From assembly GCA_043800555.1 (NCBI GenBank), contig JAZDMX010000026.1, positions 1 through 62,280 on the forward strand: a DNA stretch of 62,280 bases, given 5' to 3'. Of this stretch, positions 25,215 through 34,920 are shown piece by piece. The translations under genes and the position numbers were made by a program. The notes beneath the pieces were generated by a model. The model had not been told where the DNA came from, made no database searches, and worked only from the letters and a program-made list of their open reading frames with translations. Within the stretch, counting starts at the first letter, position 1. Every line of letters starts with the position of its first letter. Source of the stretch: Candidatus Omnitrophota bacterium (GTDB lineage Bacteria; Omnitrophota; Gorgyraeia; Gygaellales; Profunditerraquicolaceae).

Positions 25215-26306
25215 TCATTTATTCATTTTCCTGATAACCGCATCGGCCATTTCCCGGGTACCGGCTATATCAGGGTCTTTGGGATCGGATTTAAAATCGT
25301 AGGTAACAGATTTGCCTTCGGCAATGACTTCTTTAACCGCGTTCTCTAAAGACTCCGCCGCTTTATTTTCGTTTAAATACTCCAGCATCAGCACGCCCGA
25401 CAAAATCATCGCGGTGGGGTTTACTTTATTTAGCCCTTTATACTTCGGGGCCGAGCCATGAACGGCCTCAAATACGGCTATATCATTGCCGACATTGGCC
25501 CCGGGGGCAATCCCTAATCCTCCGATAAGCCCGGCGCATAAATCCGAGAGTATGTCGCCATAAAGATTGGGTAAGAGCAAAACATCATAGCTATGCGGCT
25601 TCTGCACCAGCTGCATGCTCATATTATCGACTATTGCCTCATTAAATTCAATTCTTCCGGCGTAATCTTTAGCTACCTGCCGGCCTGTTTTCAAGAATAG
25701 CCCGTCGGTAAATTTCATAATATTTGCTTTATGCACGATAGTGACCTTTTTACGGCCATGGCTTAAGGCATATTCAAAAGCAAACCTGGATATTCTTTCC
25801 GAAGCGCTTATTGAAATAGGCTTAATCGAAATCCCCGAATCCGGCCGGATATGTTTTTTACCGGCCGCTTCAATCTCTTTAATCAATTTCCTGGTCTCGG
25901 GCCTGCCTTCTTCAAACTCTATACCCGCGTAAAGATCCTCGCTATTCTCGCGGATAATAACCAGGTCAATCTCCCTGAATAAGCTTCTTGCCCCGGGATA
26001 GGTCTTAGCCGGCCGGACGCAGGCGTATAAGTCCAAAGCCTGCCTTATCGCGACATTTACCGAACGAAAACCTTCGCCAATAGGAGTAATTATAGGCCCC
26101 TTTAACGCTACTTTATTCCTCTTTATGGAATCAATGGTAGCCTTAGGAAGCAACTCGCCTGTTTTCTCCAAAGCTTCGGCGCCGGCCAAAGCCTCTTCCC
26201 AATCTATTTTTACCCCCGTGGCCTCAATGCATCTTTTCGCGGCATCGCTTACTTCAGGGCCGATCCCGTCTCCGGGTATTAAAGTTATATTATAAGCCAT
26301 AGTCAA
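25215..26306 (-). CDS. Isocitrate/isopropylmalate dehydrogenase family enzyme, closest in pattern to NAD-type isocitrate (or homoisocitrate) dehydrogenases
   Basis: 363 aa with [36 protein letters not shown] and NLYGDILSD. Confidence 0.75.
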   Translation of the reverse strand: MTMAYNITLIPGDGIGPEVSDAAKRCIEATGVKIDWEEALAGAEALEKTGELLPKATIDSIKRNKVALKGPIITPIGEGFRSVNVAIRQALDLYACVRPAKTYPGARSLFREIDLVIIRENSEDLYAGIEFEEGRPETRKLIKEIEAAGKKHIRPDSGISIKPISISASERISRFAFEYALSHGRKKVTIVHKANIMKFTDGLFLKTGRQVAKDYAGRIEFNEAIVDNMSMQLVQKPHSYDVLLLPNLYGDILSDLCAGLIGGLGIAPGANVGNDIAVFEAVHGSAPKYKGLNKVNPTAMILSGVLMLEYLNENKAAESLENAVKEVIAEGKSVTYDFKSDPKDPDIAGTREMADAVIRKMNK

Positions 26307-26334
26307 ATAATTTTCCGCGTAACCTTAAATTAGT

Positions 26335-26838
26335 TTATACTTCCGGCAGGCTGCCGTGATTCTTATAATAATTGATTATTCCGCCTTCCTTAAGTAATTC
26401 CTGCATAAAGCCGGGAAAGGGCTTCACCGGAATCTCGATGTTTTGAGTCAGGTTCCGGATAATCCCCTTATCCATATCTATGCTTATGGCGTCATTTTCT
26501 GCGATCTTGTCCGTATCTGCCTCTACCAAAGCCAGCCCTATATTAAAAGCGTTGCGGTAAAATATGCGGGCGAAACTTTTTGCCAAAACAGCCACGATAC
26601 CGGCCTCTTTAATTACCAGAGGGGCCTGCTCGCGCGAAGACCCCATCCCAAAATTCCTGCCGGCGATAATAACGGATTTACCCGGAGTTATCTTTCCGGG
26701 AAAATCAGGGTCAATATCTTCCATAATGTGCTTGGCCAGCTCTTTCATATCGGTAATGGCAAATTTATACCTTCCGGATATGATAAAATCCGTATTGATA
26801 TCATCGCCTAATTTTATGGCCTTGCCTTCTAATTTCAT
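26335..26838 (-). CDS. leuD: Aconitase-family hydro-lyase small subunit (LeuD type, 3-isopropylmalate/homoaconitate dehydratase-like)
   Basis: 167 aa with GDDINTDFIISGRY and NFGMGSSREQAP. Confidence 0.75.
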   Translation of the reverse strand: MKLEGKAIKLGDDINTDFIISGRYKFAITDMKELAKHIMEDIDPDFPGKITPGKSVIIAGRNFGMGSSREQAPLVIKEAGIVAVLAKSFARIFYRNAFNIGLALVEADTDKIAENDAISIDMDKGIIRNLTQNIEIPVKPFPGFMQELLKEGGIINYYKNHGSLPEV

Positions 26839-26867
26839 AAATCACCTTTATGTTTTCCAGCGGCTCT

Positions 26868-27914
26868 TTACAACTGCCGGAATTCATCCGGATTTCTTAC
26901 CTTGGAAAGCGCGGTATCTAAAGTAATCGAGCCTTTTTGGACTAGTTCTTTCAGGCTCTTATCCATCGTCCTCATCCCGTATTGAGAGCCGGTCTGCATA
27001 AGAGTGGGAATCTGTTCGATTTCCTGCTCGCGGATAAGGTTCCTTATGCCTGAGGTGCCGATCATAACTTCGGTTGCCAACACCCTTCCTTTTCCGCAAG
27101 CATGCGGAAGCAATAATTGCGAAACCACCCCCTGCAAGCAATCCGCTAACTGCAATTTAACCTGCTGCTGTTGATGGGAAGGGAATACGTCAATAATCCT
27201 CTCGATTGTTTGCGGGGCATCCGGAGTATGCAAGGTCGCTAAAACCAAGTGCCCTGTTTCAGCCGCAGTCAAAGCCGTTGAAATAGTCTCTAAATCGCGC
27301 ATTTCGCCGACAACGATTACATTAGGGTCCTGGCGCAAAGCATGCTTTAGGGCGTCGGCAAAAGAACGCGTGTCCTGGTAAACCTCTCTTTGCTTTATAA
27401 CGCTTTTTTCGTTCTTGAAAATAAACTCGATGGGATCTTCTATGCAGATAACAAGGCACTCTCTTTCCTTATTAATAAGGTCAATCATCGTAGCCAGGGT
27501 AGTGGTCTTGCCCATGCCGGTAGGGCCGGTAACTAAAACTAAACCGTTTGGCCTGCGGGCCAAATCAGGGATAATACTCGGAAGCCCGAGCTTTTCAACC
27601 GTGGGGATTTCCAGCGGGACGCGCCTGAAGGCGGCTTCCGGAGAACCTTTCTGCAAATGCGTATTAACGCGAAACCGGTCCAGGCCCGCAAGGGCCAGCG
27701 AAAAATCGAGCTCCAGGTCCCTCTCAAATACCTCTTTCTGGGAGTTGCTTAAGACCTCATAAATCATTCTCTTTAAATCTTGCTTGCTTAAGTGGGGTAG
27801 TTTTGTGCGCTGGAGAAGCCCGTCAATGCGTAAAATCGGAGGCTCATTCTCGGTTATGTGTAAATCAGAAGCGCCTTTCTCGATACACATCACAAGCAAT
27901 TCCCTTATTTCCAT
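26868..27914 (-). CDS. pilT: Type IV pilus retraction ATPase PilT
   Basis: 348 aa with GASDLHI, Walker A GPTGMGKTT, Asp box, Walker B VVGEMRD, and the His box ATLHT. Confidence 0.9.
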   Translation of the reverse strand: MEIRELLVMCIEKGASDLHITENEPPILRIDGLLQRTKLPHLSKQDLKRMIYEVLSNSQKEVFERDLELDFSLALAGLDRFRVNTHLQKGSPEAAFRRVPLEIPTVEKLGLPSIIPDLARRPNGLVLVTGPTGMGKTTTLATMIDLINKERECLVICIEDPIEFIFKNEKSVIKQREVYQDTRSFADALKHALRQDPNVIVVGEMRDLETISTALTAAETGHLVLATLHTPDAPQTIERIIDVFPSHQQQQVKLQLADCLQGVVSQLLLPHACGKGRVLATEVMIGTSGIRNLIREQEIEQIPTLMQTGSQYGMRTMDKSLKELVQKGSITLDTALSKVRNPDEFRQL

Positions 27915-27943
27915 TTATCGCCTCCATTCTATATAACAGAATC

Positions 27944-29197
27944 TTATAAATAAGGCCCTGGGTCAGCGATATGGCCCTTAATCGCCGAAGCAGATACGGT
28001 TGCCGGAGAAGCCAAATATATAAAAGCTTTCGGGTTCCCCATCCTGCCCTTAAAGTTCCTGTTTGCGGTAGATACGACTACTTCCCCGTCAGCCGGTACC
28101 CCGTTATGCGTGCCTACGCAAGGCCCGCATCCGGGAGTTAGGACAACGCATCCGGATTTAACGAATATATCCACTAGTTTCAGCTTCATCGCTTCCAGCA
28201 ATACGCTGCGGGAGCTGGGGGCGATAATGAACCTTACCCCTGGCGCGACTCTCCTGCCTTTTAATATTTTAGCAGCTATTTTTAAATCTTGCAACCTGCC
28301 ATTTGTGCAAGTCCCTAAGAAGGCCTCATTAATCTTTACCCCGGATAAATCTTGCGCGGCCCTGGCGTTATCCACAACATGAGGCAAAGACACTTGAGGC
28401 TTCAGGCCTGATATATCAAATTCGAGAACCCGCTCATAACCGGCGTCAATATCGGCGCGGATCTGCTTGATTTCAGGCTTACGCACCCCCTGCGAGCTTA
28501 GCCAATCAATAGTAATATTATCAACCGGCATAAACCCGGCTTTAGCCCCCATCTCCACCGCCATATTACTCATAGTAAAACGCCCGTCCATGTCTAATCT
28601 ATCGATTACCGGGCCGCAAAACTCCAGCGCCTTATAAGTCGCTCCATCGGCTTTTATTTCTTTAATAATGTGCAAAATTATATCTTTTGCGAATACAGCC
28701 TTGGGGAGCCTTCCCTTAACGATAACCTTGATTGTCTCCGGGACCTTAAACCAATTCTTTCCGGTGGCTAAAGCGACAGCCAAATCCGTAGAGCCTACCC
28801 CTGTCGAAAAAACAGACAATGCCCCGTAAGTGCAGGTATGCGAATCAGCTCCCAGGACCAAATCCCCCGGCAAAACCTTTCCGGATTCAGGGATTACTTG
28901 ATGGCAAACACCGCATCCTACATCAAAAATAGTTTGTTGGAAACTCTGGGCAAAACCGCGCATCTTTTTATGCACGGCTGATACGCCTTCGCTAGGAGAT
29001 GGCGCGCTATGGTCAATTACCAGGCAAAACCCTGTCTTCAGGCTTTTCACTCCGAGCTCTTTGATTCTATCGATAATGATTGAGCTTGTCCCGTCCTGGC
29101 CGAAAGTAAAATCAACTTTGCAAACCGCAAAATCCCCCGCCTTCAGGTCTTTACCGGCATGATTACTTAATATTTTTTCCGCTAATGTTTTTCCCAT
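27944..29197 (-). CDS. leuC: Aconitase-family hydro-lyase large subunit (LeuC type, archaeal-like 3-isopropylmalate/homoaconitate dehydratase)
   Basis: 417 aa with TLAEKIL, DHSAPSP, GADSHTCTYGA and the cluster cysteines GTCTNGR and PGCGPCVG. Confidence 0.8.
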   Translation of the reverse strand: MGKTLAEKILSNHAGKDLKAGDFAVCKVDFTFGQDGTSSIIIDRIKELGVKSLKTGFCLVIDHSAPSPSEGVSAVHKKMRGFAQSFQQTIFDVGCGVCHQVIPESGKVLPGDLVLGADSHTCTYGALSVFSTGVGSTDLAVALATGKNWFKVPETIKVIVKGRLPKAVFAKDIILHIIKEIKADGATYKALEFCGPVIDRLDMDGRFTMSNMAVEMGAKAGFMPVDNITIDWLSSQGVRKPEIKQIRADIDAGYERVLEFDISGLKPQVSLPHVVDNARAAQDLSGVKINEAFLGTCTNGRLQDLKIAAKILKGRRVAPGVRFIIAPSSRSVLLEAMKLKLVDIFVKSGCVVLTPGCGPCVGTHNGVPADGEVVVSTANRNFKGRMGNPKAFIYLASPATVSASAIKGHIADPGPYL

Positions 29198-29215
29198 TCT
29201 TAAGATTTTTTCCTG

Positions 29216-30394
29216 TTAGCTAATATTCTTTAGCCATTCCCCCAGCCTATCCATCCCTTTCTCAAGGTTATCTAGGCTGGCGGCAAAACTTATGCGTATA
29301 TAATTGTCTTCTCCAAATCCGCCTCCCGGGATTATGCTTAAATATTTTTCCTCCAGAAGCCGGTTGGCGACTTCTGCTGATTTAAGCTTTGTCCCGGATA
29401 TGTCGCAAAAAATATAAAAAGCGCCTTTTGGCACAACCGCGGTAATCTTAGGCATTGCCCTGATACGGCCGATGCAATAATCCCTTCTTTCCTGGAATTG
29501 AACGCAGTTAGCCATATAGAAATCTTCCGGCGCCTTTAACGCCGCAATAGCCGCCTTCTGGGTAATGGAGTTAGGGTTGGAGGTAGAATGGTCCTGCAAG
29601 CGCGAAATCGCTTCCGCGACATCGGCTGGCGCGCCTAGATACCCAAGCCTCCAGCCTGTCATCGAGAAACTCTTGGAGAAACCGTTAACAGTAACGGCCA
29701 AATTATAAATATCCTTATTGAGGCTTGCTATAGAAACGTGCCTAAGGCCGTCGTAAATCAACTTTTCGTAAATCTCGTCGCTAATGATAAATATATCATT
29801 CTCTAGGCATACCGCGGCGATATCCTGGAGCTCTTCTTTTGTATATACGCTGCCGGCAGGATTAGAAGGGCTGTTTAGAATCAAAACCTTGGATTTTACG
29901 CTGGCGGCTTTCTTAAGATCCCGCGCGCTAACCTTGAAACCGTTACCGGCTTGGGTCTGGATGTAACGGATTGAGCCATCGCAAAGATTTACCATCTCAG
30001 GGTAGCTTACCCAATAAGGAACGGGGATTAAAACCTCATCCTGCGGGTCAACCAGGGCCAGGAGGGCATTGAATATGCTATGCTTTGCTCCGCAGGAAGC
30101 GATAATCTGTTCAGGCTCGTATTCTAAGTAATTGTCTTTTTTAAACTTGGCTGAAATTAGCTGCTTTAATTCGGGGATGCCGGTGGTAGGCGTATATTTG
30201 GTAAAGCCGCTTTTGATAGCCTCGATTGCCGCAGTTTTTACAAAATCAGGGGTATCAAAATCAGGTTCGCCGGCAGCAAGATTTACGATGTCTTGGCCTT
30301 GGGCTTTTAGCTTTTTAGCCTTTGCGGTAATAGCCAGGGTTGACGATGGCCTTACATTCTTTAAGCGCTTGGCTAGCCTTGTATCTATATGCAT
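29216..30394 (-). CDS. Pyridoxal-phosphate-dependent aspartate/aromatic aminotransferase (class I)
   Basis: 392 aa with LAAGEPDFDTP, NSPSNPAG and the PLP lysine context FSKSFSMTGWR. Confidence 0.8.
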   Translation of the reverse strand: MHIDTRLAKRLKNVRPSSTLAITAKAKKLKAQGQDIVNLAAGEPDFDTPDFVKTAAIEAIKSGFTKYTPTTGIPELKQLISAKFKKDNYLEYEPEQIIASCGAKHSIFNALLALVDPQDEVLIPVPYWVSYPEMVNLCDGSIRYIQTQAGNGFKVSARDLKKAASVKSKVLILNSPSNPAGSVYTKEELQDIAAVCLENDIFIISDEIYEKLIYDGLRHVSIASLNKDIYNLAVTVNGFSKSFSMTGWRLGYLGAPADVAEAISRLQDHSTSNPNSITQKAAIAALKAPEDFYMANCVQFQERRDYCIGRIRAMPKITAVVPKGAFYIFCDISGTKLKSAEVANRLLEEKYLSIIPGGGFGEDNYIRISFAASLDNLEKGMDRLGEWLKNIS

Positions 30395-30409
30395 AGGAAA
30401 AGAATAGCT

Positions 30410-30973
30410 TTATAGCGCATCCCTTTCTTTCTTGAATATACTCCTTATGCCGCCTAAGAATTTCTTAGAAGGTTTTTTAGAAACCGGCCTCTCTTTAGTC
30501 GCATCATGCGTTTCGGCCTTCTTTTCTTCACGGGCCTCTCCGGGGGCTGCCTCTACCGGTTCCCCAACGCCGCTTTCTTTGCCTTTCTTGGCTTTCTTTA
30601 TTTTCTTAATCTTGGGCTTTAACTCCGTAAGCTCGAAAATAACTATGCTTGCGTCATCTCCGCGGCGCTTGCCCAAATTGATAATCCGGGTAAACCCGCT
30701 GGCCCTCTTAGAGAAACGCGGGCCAATCTCGTTAAAAAGATTGGAAACCAGCTTATGGTCGCCTAAGATGCTAAAAGCCATTCTCCTGGCGGTTAAGGTA
30801 TTGGTTTTGGCTAAAGACAGAAGCCTTTCCGCTAACGGCCTAACCGCCTTTGCCCTTTGCAGGGTGGTCTTCATGCTCTCATAAATAAGCAAATTCCTGG
30901 CCAGGCTCTTTATAGTGGCCTCCTGCCAACCGGTAAAACGATTTAACTGCAGCCTTTTCTTTTTATGTCGCAT
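30410..30973 (-). CDS. rplQ: 50S ribosomal protein L17 with a Lys/Glu-rich C-terminal extension
   Basis: The N-terminal ~117 aa are typical of bL17 (MRHKKKRLQLNR...). The gene follows rpoA. A tail of about 70 extra residues follows the core. Confidence 0.9.
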   Translation of the reverse strand: MRHKKKRLQLNRFTGWQEATIKSLARNLLIYESMKTTLQRAKAVRPLAERLLSLAKTNTLTARRMAFSILGDHKLVSNLFNEIGPRFSKRASGFTRIINLGKRRGDDASIVIFELTELKPKIKKIKKAKKGKESGVGEPVEAAPGEAREEKKAETHDATKERPVSKKPSKKFLGGIRSIFKKERDAL

Positions 30974-30977
30974 ATTC

Positions 30978-31970
30978 TTAAGCCTTCTTTATTTTTTTAG
31001 GATCAACTTGCATACCTAAGGTCAAACCCATGCCCATAAGAAGTTCTTTAATTTCAGTTAACGACTTTTTCCCGAAATTCTTGAAGCCAAGCATCTCGTC
31101 TTCGGCCTTACGCACCAGGTCCGCGATGATCTTGATGCCTGCCTCTCTTAAGCAATTTGAGCTGCGCACCGATAATTCCAATTCGGAAATAGGCAGCCTC
31201 AATTTCTCATAGAGAGTTACTTCTTCTTTAGTCATCTCCAGCTCTTCTTCGGCGATATCTTCGGGCAATTGCCCAAAATTAACGAAAATATCCAAATGCC
31301 TCTGGAGAATATTTGACGCGTATAAAAGGGCGTCTTTGGGGCTGATGGCCCCGTTAGTAAAAATTTCCAGGATCAGCTTATCATAATCAGTGCGCTGGCC
31401 CACGCGGGTATTCTCGACAAAGAAATTAACTTTCTTTATCGGAGTAAATACTGCATCTACCGGGATAACGCCTATTGCCTTATCTTCCTTTTTGTTAAGT
31501 TCAGCCGGGACATACCCCCTGCCGCGCGCTACTTCCATTTCAATGTTCAATTTTGTGTCTTTGGTCAGGGTAGCGATATGTAAATCAGGATTGATAATCT
31601 CAATAGTCTCATCCACCTCGATGTCTTTAGCCTTGATTTCGCCTTTGGAGCCGGCCTTAATCGTTATGGTCTTGGGTATCTTGGAATGCGAATTTAAAAC
31701 CAAGGTTTTAATGTTAAGGATGAGCTCCGGGATATCTTCCAAAACACCCGGGATAGTTGAAAATTCATGCTGGGCCCCGGAGATCTTTACGCTTGTGACC
31801 GCGCTTCCTTCGATAGAAGAGAACAAAACCCTCCTTAAGGAATTGCCTAAAGTAACGCCGTATCCCCTTTCAAAAGGAGCAGCTGAAAACTTTCCGTAGG
31901 TATCGGTATATGTAGCCTCGTCGCACTCAAGCCTTTTTGGTAGCTGAAAATCTCTCCATTTTATACCCAT
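30978..31970 (-). CDS. rpoA: DNA-directed RNA polymerase alpha subunit
   Basis: 330 aa. The N-terminal and C-terminal domain pattern and the position between rpsD and rplQ fit rpoA. Confidence 0.95.
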   Translation of the reverse strand: MGIKWRDFQLPKRLECDEATYTDTYGKFSAAPFERGYGVTLGNSLRRVLFSSIEGSAVTSVKISGAQHEFSTIPGVLEDIPELILNIKTLVLNSHSKIPKTITIKAGSKGEIKAKDIEVDETIEIINPDLHIATLTKDTKLNIEMEVARGRGYVPAELNKKEDKAIGVIPVDAVFTPIKKVNFFVENTRVGQRTDYDKLILEIFTNGAISPKDALLYASNILQRHLDIFVNFGQLPEDIAEEELEMTKEEVTLYEKLRLPISELELSVRSSNCLREAGIKIIADLVRKAEDEMLGFKNFGKKSLTEIKELLMGMGLTLGMQVDPKKIKKA

Positions 31971-32053
31971 TATATTGCCTCCTATTATGATTACAATTAA
32001 CTACTGGATTAGAATTACCGATTAACCGGTAAACTAATTTTAGTTATTCGTTA

Positions 32054-32689
32054 TTATTTAGAGTACAATTCTACTATCAGCTGCTCTTGTATGACCTGCT
32101 GGATATCATCTTTACCCGGAAGCCTCACAACTTTAGCGCTCAATTGCGCCGGGGTAAATTCAAGCCAGGTTGGGACTGTCCGGTCTTTCGATAACTCCAG
32201 GTTTTCTTTTATTTTGCTCAACGCTTTCTCTTTTGCCTTGACCTGGACTATATCTCCCGGCGCAACCAGGTAAGACGGTATATTGACCCTGCAGGAATTT
32301 ACATGGATGAAGTTATGCTTTACGATCTGACGGGACTGTGAACGGGATAAGCCCAAACCCAAACGAAAGACTGTATTATCCAGGCGCCTTTCCAGCAATT
32401 GCAATAAAACCTTTCCGGTAACGCCTTTAGTCTTAGAGGCAACCTTAAAATAACGGCGGAATTGCTTCTCCAGGACGCCGTAAATACGCTTTACCTTTTG
32501 TTTTTCCCTTAGCTGCAGGCCATAGTTAGAAAGTTTGCTTCTGCGCTTACCGCCCTGGCCATGCTGTCCGGGCGCATAAGCCCTTTTATTAGCGGCGCAT
32601 TTCTCCGTATTGCACCGGGAGCCTTTCAGGAACAATTTCTCTCCTTGCCGGCGGCACAACTTGCAAACTGCATCAGTATAACGTGCCAT
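32054..32689 (-). CDS. rpsD: 30S ribosomal protein S4
   Basis: 211 aa starting MARYTDAVCKLCRR, with four N-terminal cysteines in Zn-knuckle form. Confidence 0.95.
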   Translation of the reverse strand: MARYTDAVCKLCRRQGEKLFLKGSRCNTEKCAANKRAYAPGQHGQGGKRRSKLSNYGLQLREKQKVKRIYGVLEKQFRRYFKVASKTKGVTGKVLLQLLERRLDNTVFRLGLGLSRSQSRQIVKHNFIHVNSCRVNIPSYLVAPGDIVQVKAKEKALSKIKENLELSKDRTVPTWLEFTPAQLSAKVVRLPGKDDIQQVIQEQLIVELYSK

Positions 32690-32692
32690 AAA

Positions 32693-33082
32693 TTACACTC
32701 TCCTTTTCTTCTTCGGACGACATCCGTTATGCGGTATAGGAGTAACATCCTTTATTAAAGTAATTATCAAGCCTGAGGCCTGGAGCGCCCGAATTGCGCT
32801 TTCCCGGCCAAAACCCGGGCCCTTGACGCGCACTTCCAAATCTTTGATGCCGACTTCCTTGGCCTTCCTGGCCGCGTCAGAAGCAGCTATCTGGGCCGCA
32901 AAAGGCGTAGATTTCTTTGATCCGCTATAACCTACAATTCCCGGAGCAGACCAGGCCAGTACATTACCCTGCTTATCGGTTATGGTGATTATCGTATTAT
33001 TGAAGCTAGCCTGAATGTGGGCGATGCCGGAACTAACCCCTCTAGCTATTTTCTTCTTCTTTGCTCGTTCTTTTGTCGCCAT
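32693..33082 (-). CDS. rpsK: 30S ribosomal protein S11
   Basis: 129 aa with [18 protein letters not shown]. Confidence 0.95.
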   Translation of the reverse strand: MATKERAKKKKIARGVSSGIAHIQASFNNTIITITDKQGNVLAWSAPGIVGYSGSKKSTPFAAQIAASDAARKAKEVGIKDLEVRVKGPGFGRESAIRALQASGLIITLIKDVTPIPHNGCRPKKKRRV

Positions 33083-33141
33083 TTTTATCTCCTAAGTATA
33101 AGCAGCGGTCAGCTAAAAAATACGGATTATGCCATTAAAAA

Positions 33142-33552
33142 TCATTTACCCGCCGGCTTTGCCTTGGCTGGTTCAGCTTTCTTGATTATCGCCATATTCC
33201 CTCCCCTACGCGGGCCTTTTCTAGTCCGGGAATTGGTGCGCGTGCGCTGGCCTCTTGCCGGAAGGCCTTTTTTATGCCTTGAGCCGCGGTAAGAACCTAT
33301 ATCCATTAAACGCTTAATATTCTGGGAAATGTCCCTGCGCAAATCCCCTTCCAGGCGCAGGCCCCCTTTTTGCAAGGTGTTGGTTATGCGGGCAACTTCT
33401 TCTTCGCTTAGGTCTTTGGCGCGCTTGGCAGGATCGATATTTATTTCTTTAAGCACCTTATTGGATAAGGCCCTACCCATACCGTATAAATAAGTCAATG
33501 AGATTTCGATCCTCTTTTCTTTAGGTATATCAACACCCAATATTCTCGGCAT
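33142..33552 (-). CDS. rpsM: 30S ribosomal protein S13
   Basis: 136 aa starting [14 protein letters not shown]. Confidence 0.95.
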   Translation of the reverse strand: MPRILGVDIPKEKRIEISLTYLYGMGRALSNKVLKEINIDPAKRAKDLSEEEVARITNTLQKGGLRLEGDLRRDISQNIKRLMDIGSYRGSRHKKGLPARGQRTRTNSRTRKGPRRGGNMAIIKKAEPAKAKPAGK

Positions 33553-33644
33553 TTATCATCTCCTAGGTAACTTTCGGTAAAGGTACAGATACCGGGGAAG
33601 AAAAACATTTCCCCTCTACCCCCACCTTCTATATAATTAAATAC

Positions 33645-33758
33645 TTATCCCTGCCTTTGCTTATGCTTAGGGTTAGAACAGATTACCCTGATCACCCTGG
33701 CTCTTTTTACGATCTTGCATTTATCGCAAATCTTTCTTACGGACGCTTTTACTTTCAT
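33645..33758 (-). CDS. rpmJ: 50S ribosomal protein L36 (missed by the 60-aa ORF track)
   Basis: Hand translation gives [37 protein letters not shown], 37 aa with a CxxC...C...H zinc motif. The gene sits between infA and rpsM as expected. Confidence 0.9.
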   Translation of the reverse strand: MKVKASVRKICDKCKIVKRARVIRVICSNPKHKQRQG

Positions 33759-33829
33759 ATTTTATCCTTTTGGAAATCCAAGCGGATTAAGCCTGCGCAA
33801 TCATCGCCGGAACCCGCGAAGGCATATGT

Positions 33830-34048
33830 TTATCTGACCCGGAAGGTAATCCTTCCCCTGCTCAAATCGTAAGGAGAAAGCTCCAGCTTAACTTTGTCCC
33901 CGGGCAAAATCCTTATGAAATTCATGCGCATCTTCCCCGATACATGCGCAAGCACCATATGCCCGTTCTCAAGCTCCACCTTAAACATCGCGTTGGGTAA
34001 AGCTTCGGTGATCTTTCCTTCCGTCTCAATCAATTCTTCTTTAGGCAT
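33830..34048 (-). CDS. infA: Translation initiation factor IF-1
   Basis: 72 aa. The S1-like fold sequence is [21 protein letters not shown]. Confidence 0.95.
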   Translation of the reverse strand: MPKEELIETEGKITEALPNAMFKVELENGHMVLAHVSGKMRMNFIRILPGDKVKLELSPYDLSRGRITFRVR

Positions 34049-34099
34049 AAAACCCTTCTTGGCCAGGGAGGCTTACCCCGGTCAAAGCCCGGATGCATT

Positions 34100-34843
34100 C
34101 TATTTGGTCAAAATCTCCGGGCCTTTATCAGTTATGGCTACAGTGTGCTCGAAATGCGCTGAAGGCAACCTATCTTTAGTCACTGCGGTCCAGCCGTTAT
34201 CCAGGATTTCGGCTTCCCAACCTCCCATATTCACCATGGGTTCAATCGCCAAGACCATTCCTTCTGCAAGCCGCGGGCCTTGATTGGGCCGGCCAAAATT
34301 AGGTATTTCCGGTTCCTCGTGTAAATTTAACCCTATGCCGTGCCCGACGAATTGCCGCACAACCGAAAAACCGTTGTTTTCGACGTATCTCTGAATCCGG
34401 GCGGATATATCCAATAGGTGGTTGCCCGCTACCGCTTCCTTTATGCCTTCGGCTAAAGAAGCCCGCGTAACATCGACAAGCTTTTTCACCTCCGAAGGGA
34501 TCTTTCCTATCGGTATGGTTATGGCCGCGTCTGAGAAATAGCCTTTATAGTTTACTCCTAAATCCAAGCCTAAAATATCCCCTTCTTCCAAAACCCTGCC
34601 TGAAGGAATACCGTGCACGATCTCTTCGTTAATCGAAGTGCAAACTGCCGCAGGATATCCTCTGTAACCTTTAAACGCGGGAAGGCCGCCCTGGGCCAAT
34701 ACCAGCTTTTCCGCTAAAGCGTCGATATCGGAAGTCAAAACACCTGCCTTTGTATTCTTCTCCAATTCCCGCATCACCTTAGCCAGAATCGCTCCTGAAC
34801 ATTTAAGCATCCGCAGTTGGTCTTTAGTCTTTAAAGGAATCAT
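34100..34843 (-). CDS. map: Type I methionine aminopeptidase
   Basis: 247 aa. The metal ligands are in the DLG, GHGIG and EPM contexts. Confidence 0.9.
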   Translation of the reverse strand: MIPLKTKDQLRMLKCSGAILAKVMRELEKNTKAGVLTSDIDALAEKLVLAQGGLPAFKGYRGYPAAVCTSINEEIVHGIPSGRVLEEGDILGLDLGVNYKGYFSDAAITIPIGKIPSEVKKLVDVTRASLAEGIKEAVAGNHLLDISARIQRYVENNGFSVVRQFVGHGIGLNLHEEPEIPNFGRPNQGPRLAEGMVLAIEPMVNMGGWEAEILDNGWTAVTKDRLPSAHFEHTVAITDKGPEILTK

Positions 34844-34920
34844 GCAATTTTATCCCTCTTTTTGCGGCTTAAAGCCTCAATATCGGGGCTTACCCGAAAC
34901 TTCCTGCCAAGCCAACCCAG

